From IMG/VR virus record IMGVR_UViG_3300037089_000634: DNA of 64,000 nt. One strand, written 5' to 3'. The number at the start of each line of letters is the position of its first letter. Position 1 is the first letter of the stretch. Shown here piece after piece: positions 1 through 8,852 of the stretch. Position numbers and translations under genes: made by a program. Below the pieces are notes generated by a model, which was not told the DNA's origin, did not search any database, and was given only the letters and a program-made list of their open reading frames with translations. The stretch comes from a virus.

Positions 1-114
1 TGTACAATGACAGGAATTCTGATGAATTTCCAATAGTCGCAGAAGAAGAAATGAAACTAATCACAGCGCTCTTCAAGGCTAAAAGCCTAAGAGATTACCG
101 AAAAGAAAAGGGCT

Positions 115-426
115 ATGGTCAATAAATATAAAGTCGGCGAGTTCTTTATTTATCACGTAGAGAATTCGAATAATAACAATGATCTACTCTTTCGAGTAGA
201 AGCAGTTAAGAAAGATTACATAATGGTTAAGTTGTTATACAACCATCACCTTGACACTAAGGCTATGAGCTTCTTTCTTAAGCGGCCGCCATTTGCAGAA
301 GAACCTAGTGATGTTGCCTATAAGTTTGGCCGAGTATATGGTAAGAACGAAATCTTTAATGAGCTTTTTGATCGCATATTTAGTGGCAACATCAAACGTG
401 CTTCTGAAATACAACACACTTGGTGA
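115..426 (+). CDS. hypothetical protein (103 aa)
   Basis: Intact ORF on dominant strand; its stop overlaps the 5' end of tRNA-Met; no motif recognised. Confidence 0.45.
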   Translation: MVNKYKVGEFFIYHVENSNNNNDLLFRVEAVKKDYIMVKLLYNHHLDTKAMSFFLKRPPFAEEPSDVAYKFGRVYGKNEIFNELFDRIFSGNIKRASEIQHTW

Positions 427-494
427 AGTAGAATAGCGGCTAATTCAGCAGACTCATATTCTGCCTACCGTGGGTTCGAGTCCCACCTTCACTA
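422..494 (+). tRNA. tRNA-Met (or Ile2-lysidine), anticodon CAT
   Basis: Hand-folded cloverleaf: acceptor GGTGAAG/CTTCACT, D stem GAAT/ATTC, anticodon stem GCAGA/TCTGC with loop CTCATAT, T arm GTGGG-TTCGAGT-CCCAC. Confidence 0.8.
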
Positions 495-621
495 CTATGG
501 ATAATGAAATAAATTGGGAAGAAGAATACAATAACCTCTTGAGTGGTATAAGATCCACTTTGTCTTTATTATGTAAGGACTATCGAAAAAGAGATCCAGA
601 GAATTCTTGTAAATATCCAAT

Positions 622-897
622 GTGTCCTTTATGTCAAAATTTGAAAAAATGAAAGTAGTACATTGCAAAAAAGAACCCTATGATATTTACATTGGAAGAC
701 CGTCTCGCTGGGGTAATCCTTACGTAATTGGCAAAGACGGCACACGAGAAGAAGTTGTAGAAAAGTATAGAGATTGGATTCTCAAGAATGAATATTTGAT
801 GTCCTGTCTACCAGAGCTAAAAGGTAAAACGTTAGGTTGCTGGTGCTCGCCTAAAGTTTGCCATGGCGATGTATTACTTGAACTGGCTAATGCATAA
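622..897 (+). CDS. DUF4326-like small protein
   Basis: 91 aa; motifs YDIYIGRPSRWGNPY and LGCWCSPKVCHGDVL resemble the DUF4326 family common in phages. Confidence 0.6.
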   Translation: MSFMSKFEKMKVVHCKKEPYDIYIGRPSRWGNPYVIGKDGTREEVVEKYRDWILKNEYLMSCLPELKGKTLGCWCSPKVCHGDVLLELANA

Positions 898-902
898 TTA
901 AT

Positions 903-1127
903 ATGAACTTTAAACCAAAAATCAACACACTCTATCGCTATAAAAGTGGAATCTACTTTATAATACGAAAAATTGAGGACAGACATATTGAAGTAGATCA
1001 TCTCGATATTTCAACCTCAACTTTGAGGAGTAATATTGTCGATGAGTGGGGAGAAACTAAACACAAGTTCAAAAAAGTTAAAGACGTCAAAATAAAAACT
1101 AAAATAAGATTAAGAGGATTGATTTAA
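903..1127 (+). CDS. hypothetical protein (74 aa)
   Basis: Short basic ORF on coding strand; no motif. Confidence 0.35.
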   Translation: MNFKPKINTLYRYKSGIYFIIRKIEDRHIEVDHLDISTSTLRSNIVDEWGETKHKFKKVKDVKIKTKIRLRGLI

Positions 1128-1163
1128 CTTTCGAACTGAGAACATACAAGATAATTATATCTT

Positions 1164-1784
1164 ATGTTAGGAGTTCGATTCATGATTTGCGAATATTGCA
1201 ACAACAAGATAACATCTGATTATCGTAAAAGTAAAAGATCTAAAAAAGAACTTCAGCGTTTTTGTTCTAAAAGATGCGCAAAGGGATTTTCAAGCAAAGA
1301 AAAACGTCAAGACATAAACGAGAGAGTTTCTAAATCGCTAAAGGGCAGAGAATGTTGGGTGCCAAAAGAGAAAAGAAAAACGCATATTTTTACATACGAA
1401 GAATTGAAAAGGGGCGGCATAACTAAAGCCCTAAGAAATCGTATACGAAATAAAGATCTTTTGGGTAAAGGCTTACTAACTAAAAGCAAAGCTATTAGAC
1501 CTTTATTGATTGAGTATCAAAATAACAAATGTGCAATTTGCGGAAATGAAAACGTCTGGAACGGTAAAGAATTAATTTTTGATGTAGATCATATTAATGG
1601 TGATTCTAGTGATTTTTCAAGAGAAAATCTTAGAGCCATTTGTCCTAATTGTCATAGACAGACAGAAACTTTTGGTGGGAGAAATGCTAATAAGGGGCAT
1701 GCAAGAGAGTATTTGAAAAAATACCTTTCTTATAAAGAACGACAAAAAATATTGATGTCTAAAAGACTAAAGGAAATAATATAG
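1164..1784 (+). CDS. HNH homing endonuclease
   Basis: 206 aa; C-terminal DVDHINGD...NLRAICPNCHRQTETFGG HNH motif; ends 4 nt before tRNA-Lys. Confidence 0.85.
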   Translation: MLGVRFMICEYCNNKITSDYRKSKRSKKELQRFCSKRCAKGFSSKEKRQDINERVSKSLKGRECWVPKEKRKTHIFTYEELKRGGITKALRNRIRNKDLLGKGLLTKSKAIRPLLIEYQNNKCAICGNENVWNGKELIFDVDHINGDSSDFSRENLRAICPNCHRQTETFGGRNANKGHAREYLKKYLSYKERQKILMSKRLKEII

Positions 1785-1787
1785 CTT

Positions 1788-1862
1788 GGGCTCGTCGCCT
1801 AACCCGGTATGGCACCAGACTCTTAATCTGGACAATTCCCGGTTCAAATCCGGGCGAGCTCA
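1788..1862 (+). tRNA. tRNA-Lys, anticodon CTT
   Basis: Acceptor GGGCTCG/CGAGCTC, anticodon stem CCAGA/TCTGG with loop CTCTTAA, T arm CCCGG-TTCAAAT-CCGGG. Confidence 0.8.
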
Positions 1863-1949
1863 TAAAATTTAATATAAAAGGAGGACCCTACTAATGGCAC
1901 GATCTGCTGTGTCAAGAATTAAACACTTGATTAATACTAAATTTCTAGC

Positions 1950-2023
1950 GGGCTCGTAGCTCAATTCGGTAGAGTCGCAGTCCTTTAAATTGCCGGTTCC
2001 CGGTTCGAGTCCGGGCGAGCTCA
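1950..2023 (+). tRNA. tRNA-Lys, anticodon TTT (unusual C33)
   Basis: Same acceptor stem as the neighbouring tRNA; D stem GCTC/GAGT; anticodon stem GCAGT/ATTGC with loop CCTTTAA; T arm CCCGG-TTCGAGT-CCGGG. Confidence 0.65.
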
Positions 2024-2033
2024 AGGAAAAAAT

Positions 2034-2300
2034 ATGACCGATCAAGAACTTGTAGAAGGGATGTCAAAAGATTTCCCGCTGAATAAATTTGAAGTTCAAA
2101 TACTAGTCGACCCAGACACTTTTGAACAAAGAAGATACTTGATAATCGATGGGAAGAAAACTTTCATCTCTTGGTCTATGTGGGCAGAAACAGACTATCA
2201 AGCCCTCAGAGGCAAAACGAATCTTGACGCTATCCTTTACTCGAGATTAGCCGATGAAGTATTCAAAATCATTATGAAGTTCAAGGTTCATATCGAATAA
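2034..2300 (+). CDS. hypothetical protein (88 aa)
   Basis: ORF directly downstream of the tRNA pair; no motif. Confidence 0.45.
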   Translation: MTDQELVEGMSKDFPLNKFEVQILVDPDTFEQRRYLIIDGKKTFISWSMWAETDYQALRGKTNLDAILYSRLADEVFKIIMKFKVHIE

Positions 2301-2302
2301 TC

Positions 2303-2491
2303 ATGTTTGAAGAAATAATATACCCAGAACCGCCTAAGCCCAAAAAATCAGGCACTTGTCCATCTTGTGGTGGAGATTTACATTTCACCTCAATACCATG
2401 TCCAGAGGGACGTCCAGGTTGTTTAGTAGCTCACTATGGACACCGCTGTGGAAGTTGCTATAAAATTTTTGCTGAGGTGCTTGATGTATAA
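2303..2491 (+). CDS. small Cys-rich (zinc-ribbon-like) protein
   Basis: 62 aa with CPSCGG...CPEGRPGC...HRCGSC. Confidence 0.4.
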   Translation: MFEEIIYPEPPKPKKSGTCPSCGGDLHFTSIPCPEGRPGCLVAHYGHRCGSCYKIFAEVLDV

Positions 2492-2759
2492 AATATCAAA
2501 AGATGTCTTGCTTTCTAAATGGATAGAAATGGGTCAGGGAGAACTTGAGAAAAGATTGGCTGAAGGCGATCCATTGGCCAAAGAAATCGTGACTGTCTTC
2601 GGGCCTATCTGTGATCAGATCACCTCACATCCTGAGTGGCGTTCGGTCTTAGATCAAACAGTGAAAGATACAATTGCCAAAATGAAACAGGAACCAAAAA
2701 CTTGGCCCGACATCATCAAGAAGTTCATTAAAGAAAAAAGAACAGAGGATGATGAGTGA
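2436..2759 (+). CDS. hypothetical protein (true start probably the internal ATG at 2484)
   Basis: ORF overlaps the upstream gene by 56 nt; internal Met would remove the overlap. Confidence 0.4.
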   Translation: MDTAVEVAIKFLLRCLMYKISKDVLLSKWIEMGQGELEKRLAEGDPLAKEIVTVFGPICDQITSHPEWRSVLDQTVKDTIAKMKQEPKTWPDIIKKFIKEKRTEDDE

Positions 2760-3009
2760 ATATTCCCGCCGTCTAACTAAAAATCTACTCAAAGACAACA
2801 TTTGTAAAAATTGCCTTCACGCCAATCTTTATGATGAAAAGATATTAAAAGACGCTGAAAGCAATGGCCATTATCATCGCAAAAATAATTGCGGAGTGAC
2901 AGGCATGTCAATAAGCATATCAGATAGCTGCGAACTCTTTGAAAAACCTGAACAAGAAATGACAAAGGATGAATTTATACAACGCTTAAACGGTGAGTGG
3001 TATAAATGA
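2749..3009 (+). CDS. small Cys-rich protein of the NLLK-CxNC family
   Basis: Motif LTKNLLKDNICKNC shared with at least 8 paralogues in this window. Confidence 0.45.
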   Translation: MMSEYSRRLTKNLLKDNICKNCLHANLYDEKILKDAESNGHYHRKNNCGVTGMSISISDSCELFEKPEQEMTKDEFIQRLNGEWYK

Positions 3010-3332
3010 GTAGACTTGCAATCGGTAAGACATATAAAGTAGAAGATGGTAAATACTCTTTTTACTTCATATACGAGGGCCGACTAGCTTCTGGCGCTCC
3101 CAATTGCAGCGATTATATTGGGCTAATAGTCCTAAATATCGACGACTATACAAGCGGCTCCTTGAAAAAGATTAATGATGCTGGCTTAGTAGGCAAACTC
3201 CCACAAATAGGTTTTGGTAATAGACTATATACATGCACAATGCGCTGGAAAGTTTTTAATAGATACCATTCAAACCACATACTTGTATCTGACAAAGAAA
3301 AAACGAAACTTATGCTGAAAGGGTTGATATGA
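3006..3332 (+). CDS. hypothetical protein (108 aa)
   Basis: ORF with start overlapping the upstream stop (translational coupling). Confidence 0.45.
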   Translation: MSRLAIGKTYKVEDGKYSFYFIYEGRLASGAPNCSDYIGLIVLNIDDYTSGSLKKINDAGLVGKLPQIGFGNRLYTCTMRWKVFNRYHSNHILVSDKEKTKLMLKGLI

Positions 3333-3595
3333 AAGTCTTCGTCCACTTAAGCCAATACGATCACGTCCAAGTCGTCGGCATGACAAATCGTCGAATGCTT
3401 TGGAAGGTGATTTATGGGAGCGGCGACTACCAATACTCCGATTGGCGGGCTAACGAACAAGATGATGATGATAATGATTTACCAAATTATACTTTAGAAG
3501 AGTTCATGGCGTTGACTGAGGAGCAATTATACAAAGCAATTGATGATTACACTCAATCACGTGGATTTCCAGCAATAGTAGAGGTCGAAGAATGA
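3329..3595 (+). CDS. hypothetical protein (88 aa, acidic)
   Basis: ORF with overlapping stop/start to its neighbours. Confidence 0.45.
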   Translation: MKVFVHLSQYDHVQVVGMTNRRMLWKVIYGSGDYQYSDWRANEQDDDDNDLPNYTLEEFMALTEEQLYKAIDDYTQSRGFPAIVEVEE

Positions 3596-4056
3596 TTGAT
3601 AAATTTGATGGCACTGAATTTAGGTTTCTCAGCAACTTTTATGCATCAAAAGTAATGCTTGACGACATAGAATTTCCAACTGTCGAACACGCGTTTCAAG
3701 CCGCCAAGACACTCGACATAGAAGAGCGCCTAACAATAAAAGAGGCTTCTACTCCAGGAGTAGCAAAGATTATGGGACGACATGTAACACTCAGAGCTGA
3801 CTGGGAAGAAATCAAAATAAGCGTAATGGAAAACTTGGTTCGTCAGAAGTTTCAAGACGCCATACTAAGAGAAAGGCTATTGTCTACTGGTCATCAAATT
3901 TTAGTGGAAGGCAATACCTGGCACGACACTTTCTGGGGCGTCTATAACAACGTGGGAGCAAACAACCTCGGTAAGATCCTGATGAAGATTAGGGCAGAAA
4001 TTCAAGATGAACAAAAAAGAAACGATCCTAAAGCTTCAAAACAAGAGTTGCTATAA
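3592..4056 (+). CDS. NADAR domain protein (YbiA-like, ADP-ribose processing)
   Basis: 154 aa; FRFLSNFYASKV...FPTVEHAFQAAKT matches the NADAR/DUF1768 signature. Confidence 0.8.
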   Translation: MIDKFDGTEFRFLSNFYASKVMLDDIEFPTVEHAFQAAKTLDIEERLTIKEASTPGVAKIMGRHVTLRADWEEIKISVMENLVRQKFQDAILRERLLSTGHQILVEGNTWHDTFWGVYNNVGANNLGKILMKIRAEIQDEQKRNDPKASKQELL

Positions 4057-4175
4057 GTGTAGATGGCACAAAGAATTTTTCCATCACTATTTAATGGAAA
4101 AGATAACGGAATATAAATGCTGTCTTGATTATGGTCAAAGGGATGACTTTCCAGCAAAAGAAATTTGCATAAACT

Positions 4176-4409
4176 TTGATGAATAAAAGAGAAGTAATAT
4201 TACGGCTTCAAGGTCGAACTTGTAATACTTGTGGCCTTCGTATTAACACGCATGAAACTTATACAGTTGAATATAAAGGTTTACGTATAGAACGACCCTC
4301 AGGCATCATTAACATAAGTTGCGGTTATGATGTTACACCCACAAAATTTCCTATAAAGTTTCCAGACGATTGGATTTGTGAACATTGGAGTAACAATGAG
4401 ATGGTTTAA
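4176..4409 (+). CDS. hypothetical zinc-ribbon protein (77 aa)
   Basis: CNTCG...C...C pattern. Confidence 0.4.
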   Translation: MMNKREVILRLQGRTCNTCGLRINTHETYTVEYKGLRIERPSGIINISCGYDVTPTKFPIKFPDDWICEHWSNNEMV

Positions 4410-4528
4410 GCTGGCAATCATATTTTTCTTTCTCATTGGCTATGCGTGGCCTGCAGCTCTAATTAGTTTGACGATAATGTATTGGAAATTCTTGATCGGA
4501 TACATTAAAGAATTTAGGAGAAAACGAA

Positions 4529-5119
4529 ATGGCATTAAGTAATTGGGACACATTAGCTATTGATAGAAACGGCGAATCAATAGAAGGACGTCTTACTACC
4601 CCAAAGGGAGTTAGCATAGAAATTTATAAGAATTGGGCCCATGTTTTAGACCCCAAAGCTTGGTCTGAAGATAACAGCTATGTAGAACCTGTGATAATGG
4701 TAATTGAAGATGGTCACTTAACTTACAAGGACTTAGAAATTTTCGCTAAGCGAGGTCCGCAAAATGGTATCTATCTCGTAGCCATTTGGAGACAATACGG
4801 CGACAAGCCAGATTACAAAATGACTTGGGGCGGTATGGTCGCTATAGGTTGTTATGGATTTAGTGATGACGGTGAGTGGAATGGCGTCGAAAAGGAATCT
4901 GTAGATTTTCTCAAGAACATGATCGAAGAATGTCATAATGAGTATATTCTAGACAAAGACGCATTCGTAGATATTGATTTTGAGAACGCTCTTCGTTATT
5001 GCCAAGGTGATGCATATTTTGCTAAACAAGGCGTAGTAGCTGGAAATATAGGCACCAAGGTTGGTGAAGTAGAGGATCCACTTTTAATCAAGGCAATAAA
5101 GGAAAGCGATGAGCCATAA
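4529..5119 (+). CDS. hypothetical protein (196 aa)
   Basis: Long ORF with upstream GGAG-like RBS; no motif. Confidence 0.5.
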   Translation: MALSNWDTLAIDRNGESIEGRLTTPKGVSIEIYKNWAHVLDPKAWSEDNSYVEPVIMVIEDGHLTYKDLEIFAKRGPQNGIYLVAIWRQYGDKPDYKMTWGGMVAIGCYGFSDDGEWNGVEKESVDFLKNMIEECHNEYILDKDAFVDIDFENALRYCQGDAYFAKQGVVAGNIGTKVGEVEDPLLIKAIKESDEP

Positions 5120-5346
5120 TGGCGACTAAATTATTATCCAGAGCGACAACTAAGAAAGAGGCATTGCTATTACTCAAAGGCTGTGAATGCAATAATTGTT
5201 GGAAAAACGCTAGACATGTAGGCTTTATAAATGGCGGCAGTTGTATGCCACTAAGTATAGGGATTTGTGAAAACTACAAAGGTCGCTTCGATTACATACC
5301 AGCATCTGAAATATGGATTGAAGACTATTCGCCGAAGATGAAATGA
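5119..5346 (+). CDS. small Cys-rich protein (LLLLKGCxCxNC paralogue A)
   Basis: KKEALLLLKGCECNNC; paralogous to the next ORF. Confidence 0.45.
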   Translation: MATKLLSRATTKKEALLLLKGCECNNCWKNARHVGFINGGSCMPLSIGICENYKGRFDYIPASEIWIEDYSPKMK

Positions 5347-5630
5347 GAGCTTCAAAGAAAGAAACGCTTTTGCTACTTAAAGGTTGCAACTGTGATAACT
5401 GTAATGTGCCTTTTATTAAAAGAGGGGATGATCTTTATCGATGTGATAGAACACACGTCTTACCAATATTAAGAATTTGTGATAATTACGACGGACCTAT
5501 GCCTCTATTCAAAATAGAAAAGATTTATTTTGGAACTGTTAAACAAAAGTATCCATCAAAATATAAGGAAAATAAAAATGGGAGTATTGAAACAACTACA
5601 GGACGAACAAAGACCGTGGGTGAAGCATAA
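5343..5630 (+). CDS. small Cys-rich protein (LLLLKGCxCxNC paralogue B)
   Basis: KKETLLLLKGCNCDNC; tandem paralogue. Confidence 0.45.
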   Translation: MRASKKETLLLLKGCNCDNCNVPFIKRGDDLYRCDRTHVLPILRICDNYDGPMPLFKIEKIYFGTVKQKYPSKYKENKNGSIETTTGRTKTVGEA

Positions 5631-6021
5631 TTTTGGCGATAGGCCGGCATGGCAACCCTTGCTCGGAGCGGTAGAAGAAATTGGTGAATTAGCTCACGCT
5701 CACTTGAAGCACGCACAGAACATTCGCGTCTCAGAAACTCATATTGAAAACGCTAAAGATGCTGTAGCCGATACGGTTATTTATCTGGCTGATTATTGCT
5801 CGGCAATGGGGTTTGATCTAGAAACTTTAGTCGTTGAAACTTGGGACAAGGTTAAGCAAAGAGATTGGAAAAAATACCCCTCAACGGGTGTAGCCCCAAT
5901 AGAGCATTACAAGTGTAAGACATGTGGTAAATCAGTCAGACCAGAATGGGGTAATGACGAGACAGGATCGTTTCACTATAATAGCTTTGGGACGTTATGC
6001 GGACCTGTTGAGTTGCAGTGA
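5578..6021 (+). CDS. MazG-like nucleoside triphosphate pyrophosphohydrolase with C-terminal zinc ribbon
   Basis: EEIGELAHAHLK and DAVADTVIYLADYCSAMGFDLE resemble the MazG fold; start chosen at the ATG after AAGGA (the track ORF begins at 5530). Confidence 0.6.
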   Translation: MGVLKQLQDEQRPWVKHNFGDRPAWQPLLGAVEEIGELAHAHLKHAQNIRVSETHIENAKDAVADTVIYLADYCSAMGFDLETLVVETWDKVKQRDWKKYPSTGVAPIEHYKCKTCGKSVRPEWGNDETGSFHYNSFGTLCGPVELQ

Positions 6022-6067
6022 TAAGTTTCGACCCTGATATAGTATAACTATAACAAGGGGGCGAAAT

Positions 6068-6919
6068 ATGAAGCTCATACGGTTCTCGTTGATATTTCTC
6101 ATCGGATCGATTTTGGTGGCATGCAGCGCACCTGGCGGTGGCCCTACTAGTGGTCCCGGCAAGATTACGTTGCAGTTTTCAAACACCAATTCGGTATCCA
6201 TCGCCAAGAGCTCTTCAATGGCGATATCCAACTCTCGGGCTGCACTGGCTAGAAAAATCGTCCCCGTCAAAAACGATTTTGACAACGCCTATCAGGCCAT
6301 TGAAGATTACGTTAAGGGAAAGGGCGGAACGATTACCTATATCACGCCCTCAAAATTTCAGGTAGTCACCCGCGGCATGGCTTTGTACAATCTCGAAGAC
6401 ACTAACAGTGTCCTCTTCGGGGTTGAAAATGAAGGCTCTATCGATTTTTTCAACCCGCCCTTAATCAGTACGACAATAAACGCTGACACCTATGTCTGCT
6501 TCTCGTTGGATCTCTCGTTAGATCCGACAGATGGTAGTATTAGCGATGGAAGAACTCTCGGAACACTCAAAGATGATTTCGCGACTTTGCTTTTGCTTTC
6601 TAAGGCAGACGCAACTTCGCTGAAAACTGACGGTCTAGGAAACCTGGCTTGGGGCGACACCCATCCCCTCAATGTCTGGGGAAAAACAGGACCATTACTG
6701 GTGGGCAATTTTACTCCCATCACCATTGAGCCTTCAGGCAACTACGTAATCACGCTCAATTGGTTTCTTGGAACCGGCACTAATGACAACACTCCTGAAG
6801 GCGATGGAATCATTGCACATTACAATGTCGACGGCAAAAACTACTACACTCTACGCCGAGATTTCATGGACCGCATGGAAGTCAGCAGCACGGAAGACAG
6901 CTCCACTTCTAACCAGTAA
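6068..6919 (+). CDS. lipoprotein (283 aa)
   Basis: Signal peptide with lipobox LVAC-S; sits in a GC-rich island. Confidence 0.6.
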   Translation: MKLIRFSLIFLIGSILVACSAPGGGPTSGPGKITLQFSNTNSVSIAKSSSMAISNSRAALARKIVPVKNDFDNAYQAIEDYVKGKGGTITYITPSKFQVVTRGMALYNLEDTNSVLFGVENEGSIDFFNPPLISTTINADTYVCFSLDLSLDPTDGSISDGRTLGTLKDDFATLLLLSKADATSLKTDGLGNLAWGDTHPLNVWGKTGPLLVGNFTPITIEPSGNYVITLNWFLGTGTNDNTPEGDGIIAHYNVDGKNYYTLRRDFMDRMEVSSTEDSSTSNQ

Positions 6920-7017
6920 TACAACATCGGTGGCGGAATGACAACGTTCCGCCACTTTTGGGGTTTTAGAACAAGTTAAATAGAAAATATCTTTCATAAG
7001 GCATAAATCAATTAATC

Positions 7018-7088
7018 GTCCGGTTGGCCAAGTGGAAAGGCGGAAGGTCGCAACCCTTTCATCGGGTGTTCGATTCACCCACCGGACT
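7018..7088 (+). tRNA. tRNA-Cys, anticodon GCA (C33, discriminator U)
   Basis: Acceptor GTCCGGT/ACCGGAC, D stem GCC/GGC, anticodon stem GAAGG/CCTTT with loop TCGCAAC, T arm GGGTG-TTCGATT-CACCC. Confidence 0.65.
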
Positions 7089-7129
7089 ATAAACAAATTT
7101 CGCACATTGAAACATTCATTAGAGGATAG

Positions 7130-7264
7130 CTCAGATAGAAGAGCTCCAGTAAAAACAAACGTCTTTTGGTATTACCTTGCTGAATAAGCTGACACTGAGA
7201 GATTACCGTTAACTAAGGAACTGGCGGCCGGAGGTGCAAATCCTTCTCCTCTAAAATAAATGAT
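7130..7264 (+). ncRNA. tRNA-like gene with a 69-nt expansion replacing the anticodon loop
   Basis: Perfect acceptor TAGAGGA/TCCTCTA, D arm GCTC-AGATAGAA-GAGC, stem CCAGT (7156-7160)/ACTGG (7230-7234) enclosing 69 nt, variable CGGCC, T arm GGAGG-TGCAAAT-CCTTC with atypical G55. Confidence 0.5.
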
Positions 7265-7793
7265 TGGTATATATATTTTGACTAACATGACCAATAGCTT
7301 TAAATACGTTGGTCAATCAACTAATATTAAGCATCGATTCAAGAGTCACAAAAATAAGAAAAAATCTCTTATTGATCAAGCTATAAAAAAATATGGCTGG
7401 AAAAATTTTCAGACTTACATTTTCGAATGTTGTGAAAAAGATCTGGATTGGCTAGAGATTGAACTAATAAAAATCTTAAATACAATGGCCCCATTTGGTT
7501 ATAATTTAGAGTCAGGAGGAAGCTTATTTAAACATCACAACTCTGAATCTAAAAATAAAATGTCAATCAGAAAAATTGGAAATAAAAATCCAATGAAGCG
7601 TTCTGCTGTTGCTAAAAAACAATCAGAGTCGTTAAAAAACAAATTTATTGGAAACAAAAATTGGAGATGGAAGGGAGAAAATGTTACTGAGCGAACTTTA
7701 AGAAAAAGAAAACAGAAACAAAGAGACGTTTTTAAATTCATAGCTGAACATAAATTACGAAAACAAAAACGAGCGCTATTAATGCATATATGA
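7260..7793 (+). CDS. GIY-YIG homing endonuclease
   Basis: N-terminal IYILTNMTNSFKYVGQS GIY-YIG motif; basic C-terminal NUMOD-like repeats. Confidence 0.8.
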   Translation: MIGIYILTNMTNSFKYVGQSTNIKHRFKSHKNKKKSLIDQAIKKYGWKNFQTYIFECCEKDLDWLEIELIKILNTMAPFGYNLESGGSLFKHHNSESKNKMSIRKIGNKNPMKRSAVAKKQSESLKNKFIGNKNWRWKGENVTERTLRKRKQKQRDVFKFIAEHKLRKQKRALLMHI

Positions 7794-8113
7794 ATTTATC
7801 GAGAGACGAACCGTGGTGGAAATAGACACGCCGGTCGCAACCGCCGGTGCCGCCCTAAAGACAGCATGGTTAGAAGTTATAGACGTCTGTGATTCGGGCG
7901 AAAGCAATACAATGCTTGCGGCGTCAACATAGGAAAGGCTATATAGTGCTAGCGCAGCGCTTGATGTTTTTTCCATGAACTCCAATAATAGTATTTGCGC
8001 CGATAGCCTTTGAAGTTCATGGCCTCTATGGTGGCGTGGAAGTAAACGAGTCAAGGTAGTCCAGGCTCAAACCCTTCTCGGTTCGATCTCTCCATTTAAA
8101 AAGAGGTGTTAAT

Positions 8114-8434
8114 ATGTTAAACGAAGATAGCTTCATGAAAGAAATGAACGAGGCATTCCACAGTATTCGGCGCGGCAGCGTTCAAAAAGTCACATCAATC
8201 ACTATAACTTTTCCTTTAAACGACGACACAACAGGCGAGCCTATCTTTAGCGCAAGCGGTGGTTATGATGATGGCTTTAATTTCACACCATCTATAAAAT
8301 TAGATGTAAGTTCAGAAATGAAAGCAGTAGCTAAGAGTCTGAGAGAAAAAGCCGAAGCACAACTCGATAATCAAAAATCGCTTTTGAAAGATAGAATGAG
8401 AGACATTCTACTGAAGGCGGTTGCAGAGGTCTAA
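8114..8434 (+). CDS. hypothetical protein (106 aa)
   Basis: ORF preceded by AAGAGGTG RBS. Confidence 0.5.
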   Translation: MLNEDSFMKEMNEAFHSIRRGSVQKVTSITITFPLNDDTTGEPIFSASGGYDDGFNFTPSIKLDVSSEMKAVAKSLREKAEAQLDNQKSLLKDRMRDILLKAVAEV

Positions 8435-8631
8435 TGAACGGAGATCTGTCTAAAAAAGAAGGTAGCTTCCCACGCTGGATAGACGCTTTCGATGACGGCT
8501 TCAAACCTACAACTCGAAAAGGGAAAACTAAAATACCTTCTTCTACTCAAGACAAACGGTATGAGCGTCGTTGGCGACGACACTATGGTAATGCTATATT
8601 TAATAGAGAGGAAAAATTAGACCTTCTATAG
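8434..8631 (+). CDS. hypothetical protein (65 aa)
   Basis: Coupled start/stop with its neighbours. Confidence 0.35.
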   Translation: MNGDLSKKEGSFPRWIDAFDDGFKPTTRKGKTKIPSSTQDKRYERRWRRHYGNAIFNREEKLDLL

Positions 8632-8645
8632 AATAAGATAATTCT

Positions 8646-8840
8646 ATGGATGTTTACGACTTCACGACTCTGAAAGAGCTAGTCGAAAAACTATTACTAG
8701 AACTCAAAATAGACGAACAATATTTAGAATTTTGTAGTAAAACTCCAGGACAGAAACTCTCCCAAGAAACAGCCGAAGCTATTTTAGACGTTATCCATCC
8801 CATAAGACGTGTAAAGCGCTTCTGGCATGGCTCAATTTAA
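8646..8840 (+). CDS. hypothetical protein (64 aa)
   Basis: Short ORF on coding strand. Confidence 0.35.
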   Translation: MDVYDFTTLKELVEKLLLELKIDEQYLEFCSKTPGQKLSQETAEAILDVIHPIRRVKRFWHGSI

Positions 8841-8852
8841 AAAGGATTAAAA

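Noticed and set aside
470-652. 60-aa ORF starting inside tRNA-Met
   Set aside because: It starts within the tRNA gene and overlaps the better-supported DUF4326 ORF.
235-1001. Minus-strand ORFs 235-417 and 720-1001
   Set aside because: Antisense to + strand genes, including the DUF4326 ORF.
7161-7229. Group I intron in the tRNA-like gene
   Set aside because: The insert is only 69 nt, far shorter than any group I or II intron core.
7779-8054. Minus-strand 91-aa ORF in the GC-rich spacer after the GIY-YIG gene
   Set aside because: Low-complexity translation, lies in a GC-rich region where antisense frames stay open by chance, and has no RBS context. Treated as non-coding.
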